Shown: positions 36,813 to 46,824, counted from the first letter of the stretch. The stretch is 64,000 nucleotides of DNA from Patescibacteria group bacterium (GCA_041742135.1 JBGSJG010000001.1:3151-67150); one strand, 5' to 3'. The notes: generated from the letters alone by a model not told the origin. Numbers and translations are program-made.

Positions 36813-37958
36813 ATGAAGAAAATTGTAGTTTTCTTGTTGGCTTTGCTTTTACTTTTTGTACCGACGGTTATCCGTGCGCAAGACGCGCCCCAGATTGACT
36901 TTTTTTACAGTGAAACATGCCCCCACTGCAGAGATGAACAAAAATTTTTGGACAACCTCGAGCGTGATTATCCCGAACTAATTATTAACCGCTACCCCGT
37001 CAAAGACTCAGTCGGCCGCGATCTGTTGGTGCAAAAAGCCAAAGAAATTGGCAACGAAGAAATCTTGGGTGTCGTGCCGATCACATTTGTTGGGAATAAA
37101 ATCTTTGTGGGCTACGACAACGAAAAAGGAATAGGGGCCAAAATCCGATCTGAAGTTGAGAGTTTCTATTCACCAGCAAACCCTCAACCAGAACTGGAAT
37201 CGGAGCTAAATGGCCCGATTGTGCCAATTTTGGGGGAAATCGACACTTCACGATACTCCTTGCCTATTTTGGCTGTGGTGCTTGGGTTTTTGGATGGCTT
37301 TAATGTATGTTCTCTGGGGGCCTTAGCCTTGATACTCGGTCTTGTAATCACACTTCATGAAAGAAAAAAGATTCTAATTTTCGGCGGCATTTTTATCTTT
37401 ACCACTGCACTAGTTTATGGGTTTTTGATTTTCTTCTGGCACAAGCTATTTGAACTCGTGTCCGGTTACAGCTTTATACTTGAACTTGGAATTGGTATCT
37501 TGGGCATAGTTGGTGGATATTATTTGTTTCGAGAATTTCTTGCCTGTCGCAAGGCAGGCCCCGCATGTAAGTTTGGTCAGATTCCTGTGGTTCGCAAAGT
37601 CTCGTCAACAGTACAGCGAGCTTTTAGTGACAAAGCAGACATGGCTCGTGTTCTTTTGGCAATCTTGGCATTTGCAGCTGTTATAACAATTGTCGAATTT
37701 CCTTGCTCCGCGGCAATTCCTGTGGTGTTTGCAGGTCTTCTAGCCGACGCTAACGTGGGTGCATTAGGATACTTGAGCCTTATCGCCATTTTCGTATTTT
37801 TCTACCTTTTAGATGAACTGGTAGTGTATATGATCGCAACAACCAAAATGACCATGTGGCTTGGTAACCCAAAATTTACTACTTGGGCTGTTTTGATTGA
37901 GTCCTTACTTCTTTTAGGAATTGGCACCTACTACCTTGCTTCACTTTTGGGTTTATAA
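36813..37958 (+). CDS. thioredoxin-fold (CPHC) domain fused to CcdA/DsbD-like polytopic membrane thiol-disulfide transporter
   Basis: Signal/TM then CPHCRDEQKFLDNL redox motif; TM domain with paired Cys (FNVCSLGALA and EFPCSAAIP). Confidence 0.5.
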   Translation: MKKIVVFLLALLLLFVPTVIRAQDAPQIDFFYSETCPHCRDEQKFLDNLERDYPELIINRYPVKDSVGRDLLVQKAKEIGNEEILGVVPITFVGNKIFVGYDNEKGIGAKIRSEVESFYSPANPQPELESELNGPIVPILGEIDTSRYSLPILAVVLGFLDGFNVCSLGALALILGLVITLHERKKILIFGGIFIFTTALVYGFLIFFWHKLFELVSGYSFILELGIGILGIVGGYYLFREFLACRKAGPACKFGQIPVVRKVSSTVQRAFSDKADMARVLLAILAFAAVITIVEFPCSAAIPVVFAGLLADANVGALGYLSLIAIFVFFYLLDELVVYMIATTKMTMWLGNPKFTTWAVLIESLLLLGIGTYYLASLLGL

Positions 37959-38012
37959 CCAAAAAATAACCCCCTTCAAGACGAAGAGGGCTATTTAAAA
38001 AACCAATTATTC

Positions 38013-38231
38013 TTAGACTTCAGGAGCACTAAGGCTATCCCAAACATCTTTGCTTACAAATTTTGTGAGTCTAGAACCGTCAACTTCAGCCTTAAGGGCG
38101 TATCTGACTTGAGTTCCACCATCTTTGGTAGGTCTCTCGTATTTGGTCTTTTTGACTTGTGAGCCGGAAACAGAAACTTTAGCTCTTTTCTTTACGTCGT
38201 AAAATTCAATATCGTTCATCTTGTGACTCAC
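38013..38231 (-). CDS. hypothetical small basic protein
   Basis: 72-aa ORF preceded by strong SD (GAGGAGGTGAG). Confidence 0.4.
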   Translation of the reverse strand: MSHKMNDIEFYDVKKRAKVSVSGSQVKKTKYERPTKDGGTQVRYALKAEVDGSRLTKFVSKDVWDSLSAPEV

Positions 38232-38306
38232 CTCCTCTTGTAGCAGACTAAGGTTAAAATAGTCTACTTGGCCTCACCTTGTCAAGCACGAATTACCTCA
38301 AAAGTG

Positions 38307-38335
38307 TTTACTCGCACGTAAAGCTCGCATATAAT
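38307..38335 (+). promoter_or_regulatory. sigma70-like promoter (TTTACT-17-TATAAT) for VIT-family gene, likely short/leaderless transcript
   Basis: TTTACT at 38307-38312, 17-nt spacer, TATAAT at 38330-38335, first ATG at 38345. Confidence 0.4.
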
Positions 38336-38344
38336 GGCTATAAC

Positions 38345-38845
38345 ATGGCTTCCGCGAAAAAAGAGGAATTTGCTACTTACGTTCGAAATTTTATTTTTGG
38401 AGTAGAAGATAGCCTTGTTTCCACCGCAGGGCTTCTCTCGGGTGTTGCCGCTGCTGGGCTTCCCAGGCAAGAAGTTTTTTTGACTGGCATGGTGCTCATC
38501 TTCGTTGAGGCTTTCTCGATGGGAGTTGGCAGCTATTTATCTGAAGAATCCGCCGAAGAATATACTGGTACCAAAAAATCACTTTCAGTTAAGAGTGCAG
38601 CCATTATGTTTGTTTCTTATTTTGCGGCAGGGTTTGTGCCGTTGTCCCCATACCTGCTTTTTGAAGTCGAGTCAGCATTCGTTGTCTCTATTATCTTCTC
38701 TCTTGCGGCACTATTTGTTTTGGGATTTGTCAGTAGCATGATCTTCCATGATCGACGCACTTGGAAACATGCGATTCGGATGTTTGTCATTGGCGGCATG
38801 GCCATACTCGTGGGAATAATTGTAGGCCAAATTGTGAATGCTTAA
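38345..38845 (+). CDS. VIT1/CCC1-family membrane protein (iron/manganese transporter-like)
   Basis: GVEDSLVSTAGLLSGVAAAG motif and 5-TM layout; ORF-track TTG start 38279 trimmed to ATG 38345 downstream of TATAAT. Confidence 0.6.
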   Translation: MASAKKEEFATYVRNFIFGVEDSLVSTAGLLSGVAAAGLPRQEVFLTGMVLIFVEAFSMGVGSYLSEESAEEYTGTKKSLSVKSAAIMFVSYFAAGFVPLSPYLLFEVESAFVVSIIFSLAALFVLGFVSSMIFHDRRTWKHAIRMFVIGGMAILVGIIVGQIVNA

Positions 38846-40063
38846 TTACTCGTAACGAATTGCCTCGATCGGGGTTAAGCTTGCGGCTCGGCGAGCCGGG
38901 AAGACTCCAAAGAAAATTCCAATTGCCGAAGAAATTCCTATTGCAATAAGTACAGCCGCCATATCCAAACCAACCGGGAAGTAAGGCTTAACTATAACCA
39001 CAACAAGTGCAGCCAATAAAAGCCCAGAAATACCACCCAACAGAGAAAGCATGATGCTTTCAGCTAAAAACTGAAAAAGTATGTCTTTTTCGGTAGCACC
39101 AATTGCGCGCCTTATGCCAATTTCTTTGGTCCTCTCGGTTACGTTGGCATACATGATGTTCATGATTCCTATTCCGCCTACGACAAGAGAAATTGAACCA
39201 ATCGCCACAAGCACAATGTTTATAACACCAAATATTTGATTGATCGCGTTAACTAGCTCCGTCTGCTTGACCACGGAAAATTCATCGTCCTCATAACGCC
39301 TTTGTAGTACTTCCTCAGCATCTTCTTTAACACGATCCACGTCTTCTTCGTTGGTAACACCTATGTAGAGCTCCTGAAACTCGCGGTCTGGGTTAAGATT
39401 CGAATATGTAGTGGTATAGGGCATATAAACTCCTTCGTCAAAGCTAGGTCCGCCAAAGCCACCTCCACCTTTTTCTTCTAAAACACCTATCACCCTGTAT
39501 CTTTGGTTGGAAAAGCGAACGTTTTGGCCTACCGCAGAATTAATATCACTAAAAAGGTTTGTGGCAAGCTTATTGCCCAATACCACCACTTTGGATTTTT
39601 TGCCGACGTCAGAATCGCTAAAAACATCGCCAATTTCAGCTTCGAGGCTAAGTGCCGCAAAAACGTCCGCCGAGCCCGCAAAAATGGTGGCACTTTCACT
39701 CTCGGCTCCCTGCTCTACCGTCACAGAGTTACTGTAAAGTGGAATAATATATTCAACTCCCTCAAGCCCTCTTTCCAAGCTACTTACATCTCTATCGTCA
39801 AAACTACCCATAAAAGCATCTGGGCTAAAGCCTTCAAAGCTTCCGTCCTCACCCAGAACGTTGCCAGGGACGACAAACAAAAGATTACTTCCCAAGCTTT
39901 CAAATTGGCCTTCTATGTAATTTCGAAGCCCGATGCCAATGGCAATTAAAATAACTACAGAAAAAACTCCGATCATAATTCCAAGAGAAGTTAAAAAGGT
40001 ACGGACCTTGCTTCGCTCGAAATCTTTCAGTGCTGTTTTAATTTGAAAAACGTAGTAATTCAT
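38846..40063 (-). CDS. ABC transporter permease, MacB/FtsX-like
   Basis: N-terminal TM, large periplasmic MacB-type domain, C-terminal FtsX 3-TM bundle. Confidence 0.75.
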   Translation of the reverse strand: MNYYVFQIKTALKDFERSKVRTFLTSLGIMIGVFSVVILIAIGIGLRNYIEGQFESLGSNLLFVVPGNVLGEDGSFEGFSPDAFMGSFDDRDVSSLERGLEGVEYIIPLYSNSVTVEQGAESESATIFAGSADVFAALSLEAEIGDVFSDSDVGKKSKVVVLGNKLATNLFSDINSAVGQNVRFSNQRYRVIGVLEEKGGGGFGGPSFDEGVYMPYTTTYSNLNPDREFQELYIGVTNEEDVDRVKEDAEEVLQRRYEDDEFSVVKQTELVNAINQIFGVINIVLVAIGSISLVVGGIGIMNIMYANVTERTKEIGIRRAIGATEKDILFQFLAESIMLSLLGGISGLLLAALVVVIVKPYFPVGLDMAAVLIAIGISSAIGIFFGVFPARRAASLTPIEAIRYE

Positions 40064-40065
40064 TT

Positions 40066-40740
40066 TTAGTATTTATTAACAATTTGTCCGTCGCGAACAA
40101 AAATTTGTCGGTCCGTTTTTTGAGCCACCGACTTGTCATGGGTCACAACAATTACAGTGACACCAAGATCATGATTTAGGGTCCCCAGAAGTTTTAAAAT
40201 TTCGTCCCCCGTTGCCGTGTCCAAGTTGCCCGTTGGCTCGTCCGCAAGAACAATGTCTGGCTTCATCACAAGCGCGCGGGCAATCGCCACTCTTTGCTGC
40301 TGTCCTCCCGAGAGCTTATTGGGAAAGCTTTTTGCTTTGTCCGCAATTCCAAATTTTTCCAAAAGCTCTAGTGCGTATTTTGCGACATCAAAATCAAGCT
40401 TTTCTTTTGAGTATTGTGTGGGCAAGAGAACATTTTCTAAAACAGAAAGTTTTTGGATTAAATTAAATTGCTGAAAGACAAAGCCAATATAGTTTCCTCG
40501 AAGTTTACTAATTTGGGCATCGCTCAAGTCTTTGGTATCTTTGCCTGAAATTACAATTATGCCGCTAGTAGGCTTGTCCAGAAGTCCAATGATGTGCATC
40601 AAGGTCGACTTGCCCGAGCCAGAAGTACCCAAAATACCAACATATTCTTTATCCTTAATGGTGAGGCTTACGTCCCTTAATGCGTAAAAATCGCCATCCG
40701 CAACCTTGTAGACTTTGTCAATGTTTTTGACGGTGATCAT
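40066..40740 (-). CDS. ABC transporter ATP-binding protein (MacB/LolD-type)
   Basis: Walker [11 protein letters not shown], signature [15 protein letters not shown], Walker B IVLADEPT. Confidence 0.9.
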   Translation of the reverse strand: MITVKNIDKVYKVADGDFYALRDVSLTIKDKEYVGILGTSGSGKSTLMHIIGLLDKPTSGIIVISGKDTKDLSDAQISKLRGNYIGFVFQQFNLIQKLSVLENVLLPTQYSKEKLDFDVAKYALELLEKFGIADKAKSFPNKLSGGQQQRVAIARALVMKPDIVLADEPTGNLDTATGDEILKLLGTLNHDLGVTVIVVTHDKSVAQKTDRQIFVRDGQIVNKY

Positions 40741-40745
40741 GCATT

Positions 40746-41756
40746 TTAATAGTAAATTTTCTCGCCCTCTGAGATATCGGTAACTTCAATACTATCCTCA
40801 CCTTCCAAGCCTACTTGAACGTATTTTTTATCTTTACCTGCATTTACTAATAAATATTTCCCATCTTTGTCGCTTTTGACAAATTTTGAAGGCACATACA
40901 AAACGTCTTCTTTAGAAGAAAGCACAAAGGTTGCATCTCCGGTCATCCCAACTTTTAGCTTTTGCGCAAAGCCTGTACTGTTTAGTGAAAGGCGAATTGG
41001 GTAAACCGTTCCGCTCTCAGCGGGATTGGGGGCTGCCGAAACGGATGTAATGACCCCTTCAAATTCTTCGTCTTCAAACGCATCCAGAGCCAAAGTAGCC
41101 GTATCCCCAGCCTTAAAGTCATTAACCTCTGTCTGGTCAGCATTAACCAAAAAGTAAATAGTCGAAGGATTTACGACAACCACTTGAGGAGCCCCAGCCG
41201 TAATATTTACACCAGAAGACTCGGTATTTAATACCGCAACCACTCCATCAAATGGAGCAACTAACGTAGCATTTCTCAAGTCCTTTTGAGCGGCCACGAA
41301 AGCTTCGTAAGCTTTGTCTTTTGCGGTTTCTGCTGCAGTTCGCGTGTTTTTTTCTTCAAATGACTCGTCGCTATCATTGCCTTTCACTTCATCGTGTACC
41401 TGCGCCAAATTGGCTTCAGCAGCACGAAGGTTTGCCTGAGCCACTTGGAAAGCAGAATTAAGGACCGTCGTATCAAGCTTTATTAAAGCCTGGCCCTTTT
41501 CAACAGTGTCTCCCACTTTTACTCCCACCCAAGAAATCGTTCCGGAAGAATTAAACTGAAGCGAAGCGTAATCAGTCGCTTTTATCTCTCCTGTAAGAAC
41601 AAGAGTCTCCTCGACCGTTCCGCGCATGACTTCTGATTCTTCAAATGTTTCGCCATTACCGCGTGAGCGAAAGATAAAAAAGCCCACAGCAACAATTACC
41701 AAAATAATTGCAATTAATCTTTTTCGCCGCAATAAACCAGAAAATCGAGCTTTCAT
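40746..41756 (-). CDS. HlyD/MacA-family periplasmic adaptor (membrane fusion protein)
   Basis: N-terminal TM after MKARFSGLLRRKRLIAIIL, coiled-coil and beta-barrel segments; start trimmed from 41888. Confidence 0.65.
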   Translation of the reverse strand: MKARFSGLLRRKRLIAIILVIVAVGFFIFRSRGNGETFEESEVMRGTVEETLVLTGEIKATDYASLQFNSSGTISWVGVKVGDTVEKGQALIKLDTTVLNSAFQVAQANLRAAEANLAQVHDEVKGNDSDESFEEKNTRTAAETAKDKAYEAFVAAQKDLRNATLVAPFDGVVAVLNTESSGVNITAGAPQVVVVNPSTIYFLVNADQTEVNDFKAGDTATLALDAFEDEEFEGVITSVSAAPNPAESGTVYPIRLSLNSTGFAQKLKVGMTGDATFVLSSKEDVLYVPSKFVKSDKDGKYLLVNAGKDKKYVQVGLEGEDSIEVTDISEGEKIYY

Positions 41757-41814
41757 AGAATATAAGTATTGTACAACAATATGGCTTTTTTTGCAGTGTG
41801 AGTTAAACTTAAAC

Positions 41815-42675
41815 ATGGCAGAAGACCCCGATCCCAGAACAGATATAACAGATGCAGTTGCAAGAGCCAGACAAGATGTAATGGACAAACATGGTTGGGA
41901 CGGGTTAACCGAAGAACAAATTACAACTCAAGTAGAAGCCCATCCTGCAGTTATCGCGCAAAGAGAAAAGGATAAAATAGAGGGATACAGGAGAAAAGTA
42001 GGTGAAGCATTTGATACAGCACTAGATACAAGCCATGATGCACTAAATCAAAGGGTTATCGTTGATATGCAAAAACTAGAGAATGATGTTGAAGCAATTG
42101 ATCTAGAGACACAAGTTAAGGGTACAGTACCAAATGGGCCTGGAATTGTGACAACCGAACGAAATAAAGATTTTGAAATGCTTCTCGGTATTGTAATGAG
42201 TGAAAAACAAAGAAGAGAGGCCATCCCTTGGGACGACTGGGTAAGAATTCCACGAAGAAGTGAAGGCCGTGAGGAAAAAAGCCTTCGCACGATCCACTAC
42301 GAATATCACGACCGAATACTCCACCACGAACCCCAGCATGCAGAAGCATACAAGGGTAAGATAACCGATCCGAAAACCGGTGAGCCTGTAGACGATGAAG
42401 TCGGTATAGTTTTTGGGTTTCAAGTAGTCAAACCACAGAGTGGCAATCGATTTGACATCGTCCCATTCACTACCTACAACGGCCAAGTTCGCCTTCACGA
42501 CCTAATTGAGGCAACGGCGGCTCCAGAAGATTTGTCCAGAGCTGACAGGCGAGTTCTAGAGTTGCACGAAAGAAGATTGAAAAATGCAGGATTGATGCTT
42601 TCTGGGGAATCAATATTTAATCCCAACGACAGGGAAAGAATGTACGAAAGAAAAAGCCGCAATCATAATCGCTAA
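41815..42675 (+). CDS. hypothetical acidic soluble protein
   Basis: 286-aa ORF from MAEDPDPRTD; ORF-track start 41626 overlaps adaptor gene and was trimmed; no family recognised. Confidence 0.4.
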   Translation: MAEDPDPRTDITDAVARARQDVMDKHGWDGLTEEQITTQVEAHPAVIAQREKDKIEGYRRKVGEAFDTALDTSHDALNQRVIVDMQKLENDVEAIDLETQVKGTVPNGPGIVTTERNKDFEMLLGIVMSEKQRREAIPWDDWVRIPRRSEGREEKSLRTIHYEYHDRILHHEPQHAEAYKGKITDPKTGEPVDDEVGIVFGFQVVKPQSGNRFDIVPFTTYNGQVRLHDLIEATAAPEDLSRADRRVLELHERRLKNAGLMLSGESIFNPNDRERMYERKSRNHNR

Positions 42676-42692
42676 GATAATTACTTGGAAAA

Positions 42693-42968
42693 TTAGTCGG
42701 TAGAAAATAGGTCCACCGTATGAATAAAGGATTCTAAATCTTTGATATTTAAGTCACGTATTATTTCAGCAATAAACCTATCTGGATCCACCCCATCTAG
42801 CAAAGCAGCTTCAAGACAATGCTGGCATGTCTCTGCTGCAAAATAAGCAACTGCTACATCAGCTTTATCCAAAGTAAAGGGAATATCCGGCGTGCGTAAA
42901 AAGTCATTGCGACGTTGATCAACAATTTGTACTATTTCTCTGAAAGATGTCAGGAATTCTCCAGACAT
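42693..42968 (-). CDS. hypothetical small protein appended to rplM-rpsI operon
   Basis: 91-aa ORF 6 nt downstream of rpsI on same strand. Confidence 0.4.
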   Translation of the reverse strand: MSGEFLTSFREIVQIVDQRRNDFLRTPDIPFTLDKADVAVAYFAAETCQHCLEAALLDGVDPDRFIAEIIRDLNIKDLESFIHTVDLFSTD

Positions 42969-42973
42969 AATTC

Positions 42974-43384
42974 TTAACGCTTTGGAGACTGCTTTTGTTT
43001 GCGAGCTTTTCCACCAGTACCCACCATTCTTCGCTCTTTTTCGCGGGCATCACGAGTCAAAAGTCCTGCGGCTTTAATTACAGTTCTATGTTTTTTAACG
43101 TCAACTGCCACAACTGCTCTAGAAATGCCATGGACCAAAGCATCTATTTGGCCGTTTTTGCCGCCGCCTTCTACTTTTGCAGTAAAGTAATACTTACCCA
43201 AAAGCCCGACCAGCTCAAAAGGCTTCTGCCAAGAAAGCATGTTCACCTTTCCTGGAAAATACTTGCCAACAAGATCACCATTTACCATGTTTTCTTCATT
43301 GCCTTTATGAAGGCGAACACGAGCAGTCGCTGATTTTCTGCGGCCGATTGCAAATATATAATCTTTTTTTGTTTTTTTAGCCAT
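42974..43384 (-). CDS. rpsI: 30S ribosomal protein S9
   Basis: GRRKSATARVRL..., LLTRDAREKERRMVG...KARKQKQSPKR tail. Confidence 0.95.
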   Translation of the reverse strand: MAKKTKKDYIFAIGRRKSATARVRLHKGNEENMVNGDLVGKYFPGKVNMLSWQKPFELVGLLGKYYFTAKVEGGGKNGQIDALVHGISRAVVAVDVKKHRTVIKAAGLLTRDAREKERRMVGTGGKARKQKQSPKR

Positions 43385-43389
43385 TTTAT

Positions 43390-43773
43390 TTATGCTTTTA
43401 CAGTCAAACGCCTCATGCGTGGAGACTGCAACCTGTTTTTAGGTAACATGCGAGAAACTGCCAACTCAATAACTTTAGTAGGGGCTTCCTTCAAAAGCTT
43501 ACTAACCGCAACTTCTTTAAAGCCTCCCGGATAATTTGAATGCTTCTGGTAAACCTTTTGGGATATCTTTTTACCTGTCAAGACAATTTTTGCTGCATTT
43601 AAGACCGTTACAGTATCCCCCATATCCATGTGAGGGGTATAGGTTGGCTTATGCTTACCCATCAGTAGGATCGCAACACGCGATGCCAAGCGACCCAGAG
43701 TCTCACCTGAGGCATCAATTGTGTGATCTTCTCTTTTAATCTGTTTTTCCTTTATTTGAAACGTTTTCATCAT
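43390..43773 (-). CDS. rplM: 50S ribosomal protein L13
   Basis: IDASGETLGRLASRVAILLMGKHKPTYTPHMDMGDTV. Confidence 0.95.
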   Translation of the reverse strand: MMKTFQIKEKQIKREDHTIDASGETLGRLASRVAILLMGKHKPTYTPHMDMGDTVTVLNAAKIVLTGKKISQKVYQKHSNYPGGFKEVAVSKLLKEAPTKVIELAVSRMLPKNRLQSPRMRRLTVKA

Positions 43774-44146
43774 TTGTAACTTTTGCTGCGACCTCTACCC
43801 AGCTTATACTAACCATCGGCGCAGCATCTCCTTTTCTTGGGCCCAGTGAGCTCCAAGTAGTAAAGCCAGAATTACGGCTTTTTGCAAGTGCTTGGTATTT
43901 AGTAAACAACAATTCTGTTGCATCTTTGTCGTTACCTAAACGAGCCAGCACTTCCCGTCTCGCGACTATCGAGCTGTCGCGAGACAAGTTTATAAGCTTG
44001 TCCAGCTCGCCAACCACTGCCTGAGCCTTTGCCTTGGTAGTTTTTATGCTACCTTTGACAATCATAGACTTCATGAGTGCACGAAAAAGCGCTGTTCTGG
44101 ACCTGCGATTCCGGCTTAACTGTTTTCCAAAAACCTTCTTACGCAT
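43736..44146 (-). CDS. rplQ: 50S ribosomal protein L17
   Basis: LSRNRRSRTALFRALM N-terminus; follows rpoA. Confidence 0.9.
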   Translation of the reverse strand: MRKKVFGKQLSRNRRSRTALFRALMKSMIVKGSIKTTKAKAQAVVGELDKLINLSRDSSIVARREVLARLGNDKDATELLFTKYQALAKSRNSGFTTWSSLGPRKGDAAPMVSISWVEVAAKVTNDENVSNKGKTD

Positions 44147-45062
44147 TTTTTAGCTGCACTCCCTTCTCGGCCAAAGCTTTATTGACTATGTCGATTGATT
44201 TTTCTCCAAGGTTTCTTACCTTTACAAGCTCTTCTCTCGGGGCGTTGACGAGTCTTTCGACTGTATCAAAACCTGCTTTAGTCAATGCATTTGCTACACG
44301 AGTGGGAAGGCCAATCTCTTCAACTGAAAGCTTGCCTGCCGCACCTAGTGTGCTTTCAGTAACTTCATGAGCTACTTCAGCCACTTTTTTCGGAGTTACG
44401 ATTTGCTCAAAATATGAAAGCAAAATCTTTGCCGACTCTGTTAGTGCGTCGCTTGGGGTCATAGTACCATCTGTCCAAACTTCTAGAATAAGTTTGTTGT
44501 AGTTGGTAACTCGCCCAACTCTGGTTTCTTCAACCTTAAAGTTAACTCGCTCTACTGGTGAAAAACTGGCATCAAGAGGAATTGAATCAACTCTCTCTTT
44601 TTCGCGATCTTCAGATGAAGAATAGCCGATTCCAGTTTCAACAGTCATCTCTGCGCTAAGGCTTGCTCCATCAGCCAAGTTTGCTAAAACCAAATCAGGA
44701 TTAGCAACGCGGACTCCAGAAGGAGTTACCAAATCAGCAGCTTTAACTTCTCCAGCTTTTTTGACTGAAAGTGTAACTTTAACAGCATCAGTTCCTTTAT
44801 ATTCAAATCTAACGCGCTTTAAGTTCAAAAGAAAGTCCAAAACGTCTTCTTTCATTCCTTTGAGAGTAGAGAATTGATGCTTAACCCCACCAATGCGAAC
44901 ACTTGTGATGGCTGCACCCTTGAGACTCGAGAGCATTACTCGCCTTAAGGAGTTTCCCACGGTCTCACCGTATCCTGCTCCCAAAGGAGTAATTTCAAAT
45001 TTAGAATGATTATCTTTGTTTTCTTTTTCTGTTATTTCAAAAATTGGGTCCATAAACATCAC
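44139..45062 (-). CDS. rpoA: DNA-directed RNA polymerase subunit alpha
   Basis: EITPLGAGYGETVGNSLRRVMLSSL N-terminal domain, alpha-CTD; position rpsD-rpoA-rplQ. Confidence 0.95.
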   Translation of the reverse strand: MMFMDPIFEITEKENKDNHSKFEITPLGAGYGETVGNSLRRVMLSSLKGAAITSVRIGGVKHQFSTLKGMKEDVLDFLLNLKRVRFEYKGTDAVKVTLSVKKAGEVKAADLVTPSGVRVANPDLVLANLADGASLSAEMTVETGIGYSSSEDREKERVDSIPLDASFSPVERVNFKVEETRVGRVTNYNKLILEVWTDGTMTPSDALTESAKILLSYFEQIVTPKKVAEVAHEVTESTLGAAGKLSVEEIGLPTRVANALTKAGFDTVERLVNAPREELVKVRNLGEKSIDIVNKALAEKGVQLKNA

Positions 45063-45108
45063 CTCCTATATAAAATTGTCGATAAATACGGAAACATCAT
45101 AGTATACA

Positions 45109-45711
45109 TTATCTTGAATAGAACTCAATAATATCTTGATCCTCAATTGGCTCTGTTACGTCTTCACGAATCGGCCTTCGAACAACCTTGCCTGCTCCAC
45201 CTTTGCGCTTAAGCCAGCTAGGCAGTTCAATTTCCTTAGATTTAAGTAGCTCAGATACTTTCGGAATTTTAAGAGCCTTGGTTGTAAGTGCAATCGCGTC
45301 TTCCGCTCGTACACTGTATGAGGGGATATTCACGCGCACTCCATTAACCATGATGTGTCTGTGGCTAACCATTTGCCTTGCCTGAGTGCGGCTTGCGGCG
45401 AAACCAAGCCTGTAGATGGTGTTGTCGAGCCTGCTTTCTAAAAGTTCAAAAAGTTTGCTTTTGGTGTTGCCTTTGCTCTTGAAAGCTTGTGTCATGTAGC
45501 GAGCAAATTGCTTTTCGGTCAAGCCGTACATTCTTTTAACTTTCTGTTTTTCGCGGAGCTGACGACCATATTGAGAGCCACGGCCGCGAGTACCTTTTGG
45601 TCCGTGTACCCCAGGTGGAAGTGTCAAACGAGTAAGCTTTGCACCTTTGCCAAAAAGGTCAAAACCTTCGCGCCTACTTAATTTGTCTTTTGGTCCTGTA
45701 TATCTTGCCAT
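45109..45711 (-). CDS. rpsD: 30S ribosomal protein S4
   Basis: MARYTGPKDKLSRREG start. Confidence 0.95.
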   Translation of the reverse strand: MARYTGPKDKLSRREGFDLFGKGAKLTRLTLPPGVHGPKGTRGRGSQYGRQLREKQKVKRMYGLTEKQFARYMTQAFKSKGNTKSKLFELLESRLDNTIYRLGFAASRTQARQMVSHRHIMVNGVRVNIPSYSVRAEDAIALTTKALKIPKVSELLKSKEIELPSWLKRKGGAGKVVRRPIREDVTEPIEDQDIIEFYSR

Positions 45712-45717
45712 ACTCCC

Positions 45718-46077
45718 TTATGCTCTCCTCTTCTTTTTCGGCCTCGGCCCGTCGTGCGGCATTGGTGTTACATCAGCAATCAAACTTATCTTGACTCCAA
45801 CTGCCTTGATCGCACGAAGTGCTGCGTCTCGCCCCGGCCCTGGCCCTTTGATATAAACTTCTACTTCTTTTAAGCCATCCTCTTTTGCTTTTTTAATTAC
45901 TTTCTCCACAGCCGAGGTAGCGGCAAACGGTGTAGCTTTTCTGGTGCCTTTAAAGCCAACGTTTCCAGCTGAAGCCCATCCGAGCGTGTTTCCACCCTCA
46001 TCAGTCAGGGTCACAATTGTATTGTTAAAACTTGCCGATACGTATACTTTGCCGTTTGCTTCTTTTTTAGTTGCCAT
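45718..46077 (-). CDS. rpsK: 30S ribosomal protein S11
   Basis: [28 protein letters not shown]. Confidence 0.95.
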   Translation of the reverse strand: MATKKEANGKVYVSASFNNTIVTLTDEGGNTLGWASAGNVGFKGTRKATPFAATSAVEKVIKKAKEDGLKEVEVYIKGPGPGRDAALRAIKAVGVKISLIADVTPMPHDGPRPKKKRRA

Positions 46078-46080
46078 AGT

Positions 46081-46482
46081 TTATTTTGATGCCTCCGGTT
46101 TTGCTTTAGCCGCCAACTCATCTTTTCTAAATGCACCGACGGTCTTTCTTTTACCTCGTTTTGTTCTGGCATTAGATTTGGTTCTCTGCCCACGAGCAGG
46201 AAGACCACGAGAATGCCGAAGTCCGCGGTAACTATTAATCTCTTTGAGTCGTTGAATGTTTTCGCGAATTTGCCTTACCAAGTCTCCTTCGGTTACGAAG
46301 TTTTCCAAAGCTGCTGTGATTTTTGAAATGTCCTCGGTGCTTAATTCGTTAACTCTTTTGCTTGAGGCAACACCTGACGCCTTAAGTGCTTCTTGAGACT
46401 TTACCCAGCCAATGCCCTTTATTCGGGTCAAAGCCCAATCTATTTTTGCGTTATCTGGTAATTCTATTCCTGCTACTCTCAT
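46081..46482 (-). CDS. rpsM: 30S ribosomal protein S13
   Basis: MRVAGIELPDNAKIDWALTRIKGIG. Confidence 0.95.
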   Translation of the reverse strand: MRVAGIELPDNAKIDWALTRIKGIGWVKSQEALKASGVASSKRVNELSTEDISKITAALENFVTEGDLVRQIRENIQRLKEINSYRGLRHSRGLPARGQRTKSNARTKRGKRKTVGAFRKDELAAKAKPEASK

Positions 46483-46483
46483 A

Positions 46484-46597
46484 TTAACCTTGTCTTTGTT
46501 TGTGCTTTGGATTTTTGCAAATTACAAAAAGCACACCTTTTCGGCGAACTAACTTACAATCTTTACAAATTTTTTTAATTGACGATCTTACTTTCAT
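46484..46597 (-). CDS. rpmJ: 50S ribosomal protein L36 (not in ORF track, <60 aa)
   Basis: Minus-strand translation [37 protein letters not shown] between infA and rpsM. Confidence 0.9.
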   Translation of the reverse strand: MKVRSSIKKICKDCKLVRRKGVLFVICKNPKHKQRQG

Positions 46598-46603
46598 ATA
46601 TTT

Positions 46604-46822
46604 TTAATAAGCCTTGGCTACAATCCTGCCGCGAGAATCATCGTACGGCGTCATTTCTACCTTAATTCTCTGCCCCGGCATAAGCCTCATAAAACCTCTT
46701 CTCATCTTTCCGGATGGAACGCCAATAATTTCTCGCTCCCCCTCGACTTTGACTCTAAACATCGTGTTAGGCAAAATCTGCAAAATTTCTCCCTCAATAA
46801 TAGTGTTTTTCTTGTTATCCAT
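46604..46822 (-). CDS. infA: translation initiation factor IF-1
   Basis: GEILQILPNTMFRVKVEGEREIIGVPSGKMRR. Confidence 0.95.
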   Translation of the reverse strand: MDNKKNTIIEGEILQILPNTMFRVKVEGEREIIGVPSGKMRRGFMRLMPGQRIKVEMTPYDDSRGRIVAKAY

Positions 46823-46824
46823 TG

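Noticed and set aside
37959-38012. Possible bidirectional terminator between convergent genes (imperfect hairpin cccccttc-aagac-gaagaggg plus A/T runs)
   Set aside because: Stem has a mismatch and the flanking T/A runs are short. Too weak to annotate with confidence.
38846-41756. MacAB-type tripartite efflux pump considered as a notable system
   Set aside because: A common ABC-type efflux or lipoprotein-release-like arrangement. No outer-membrane partner in the window, but nothing unusual in the sequence itself.
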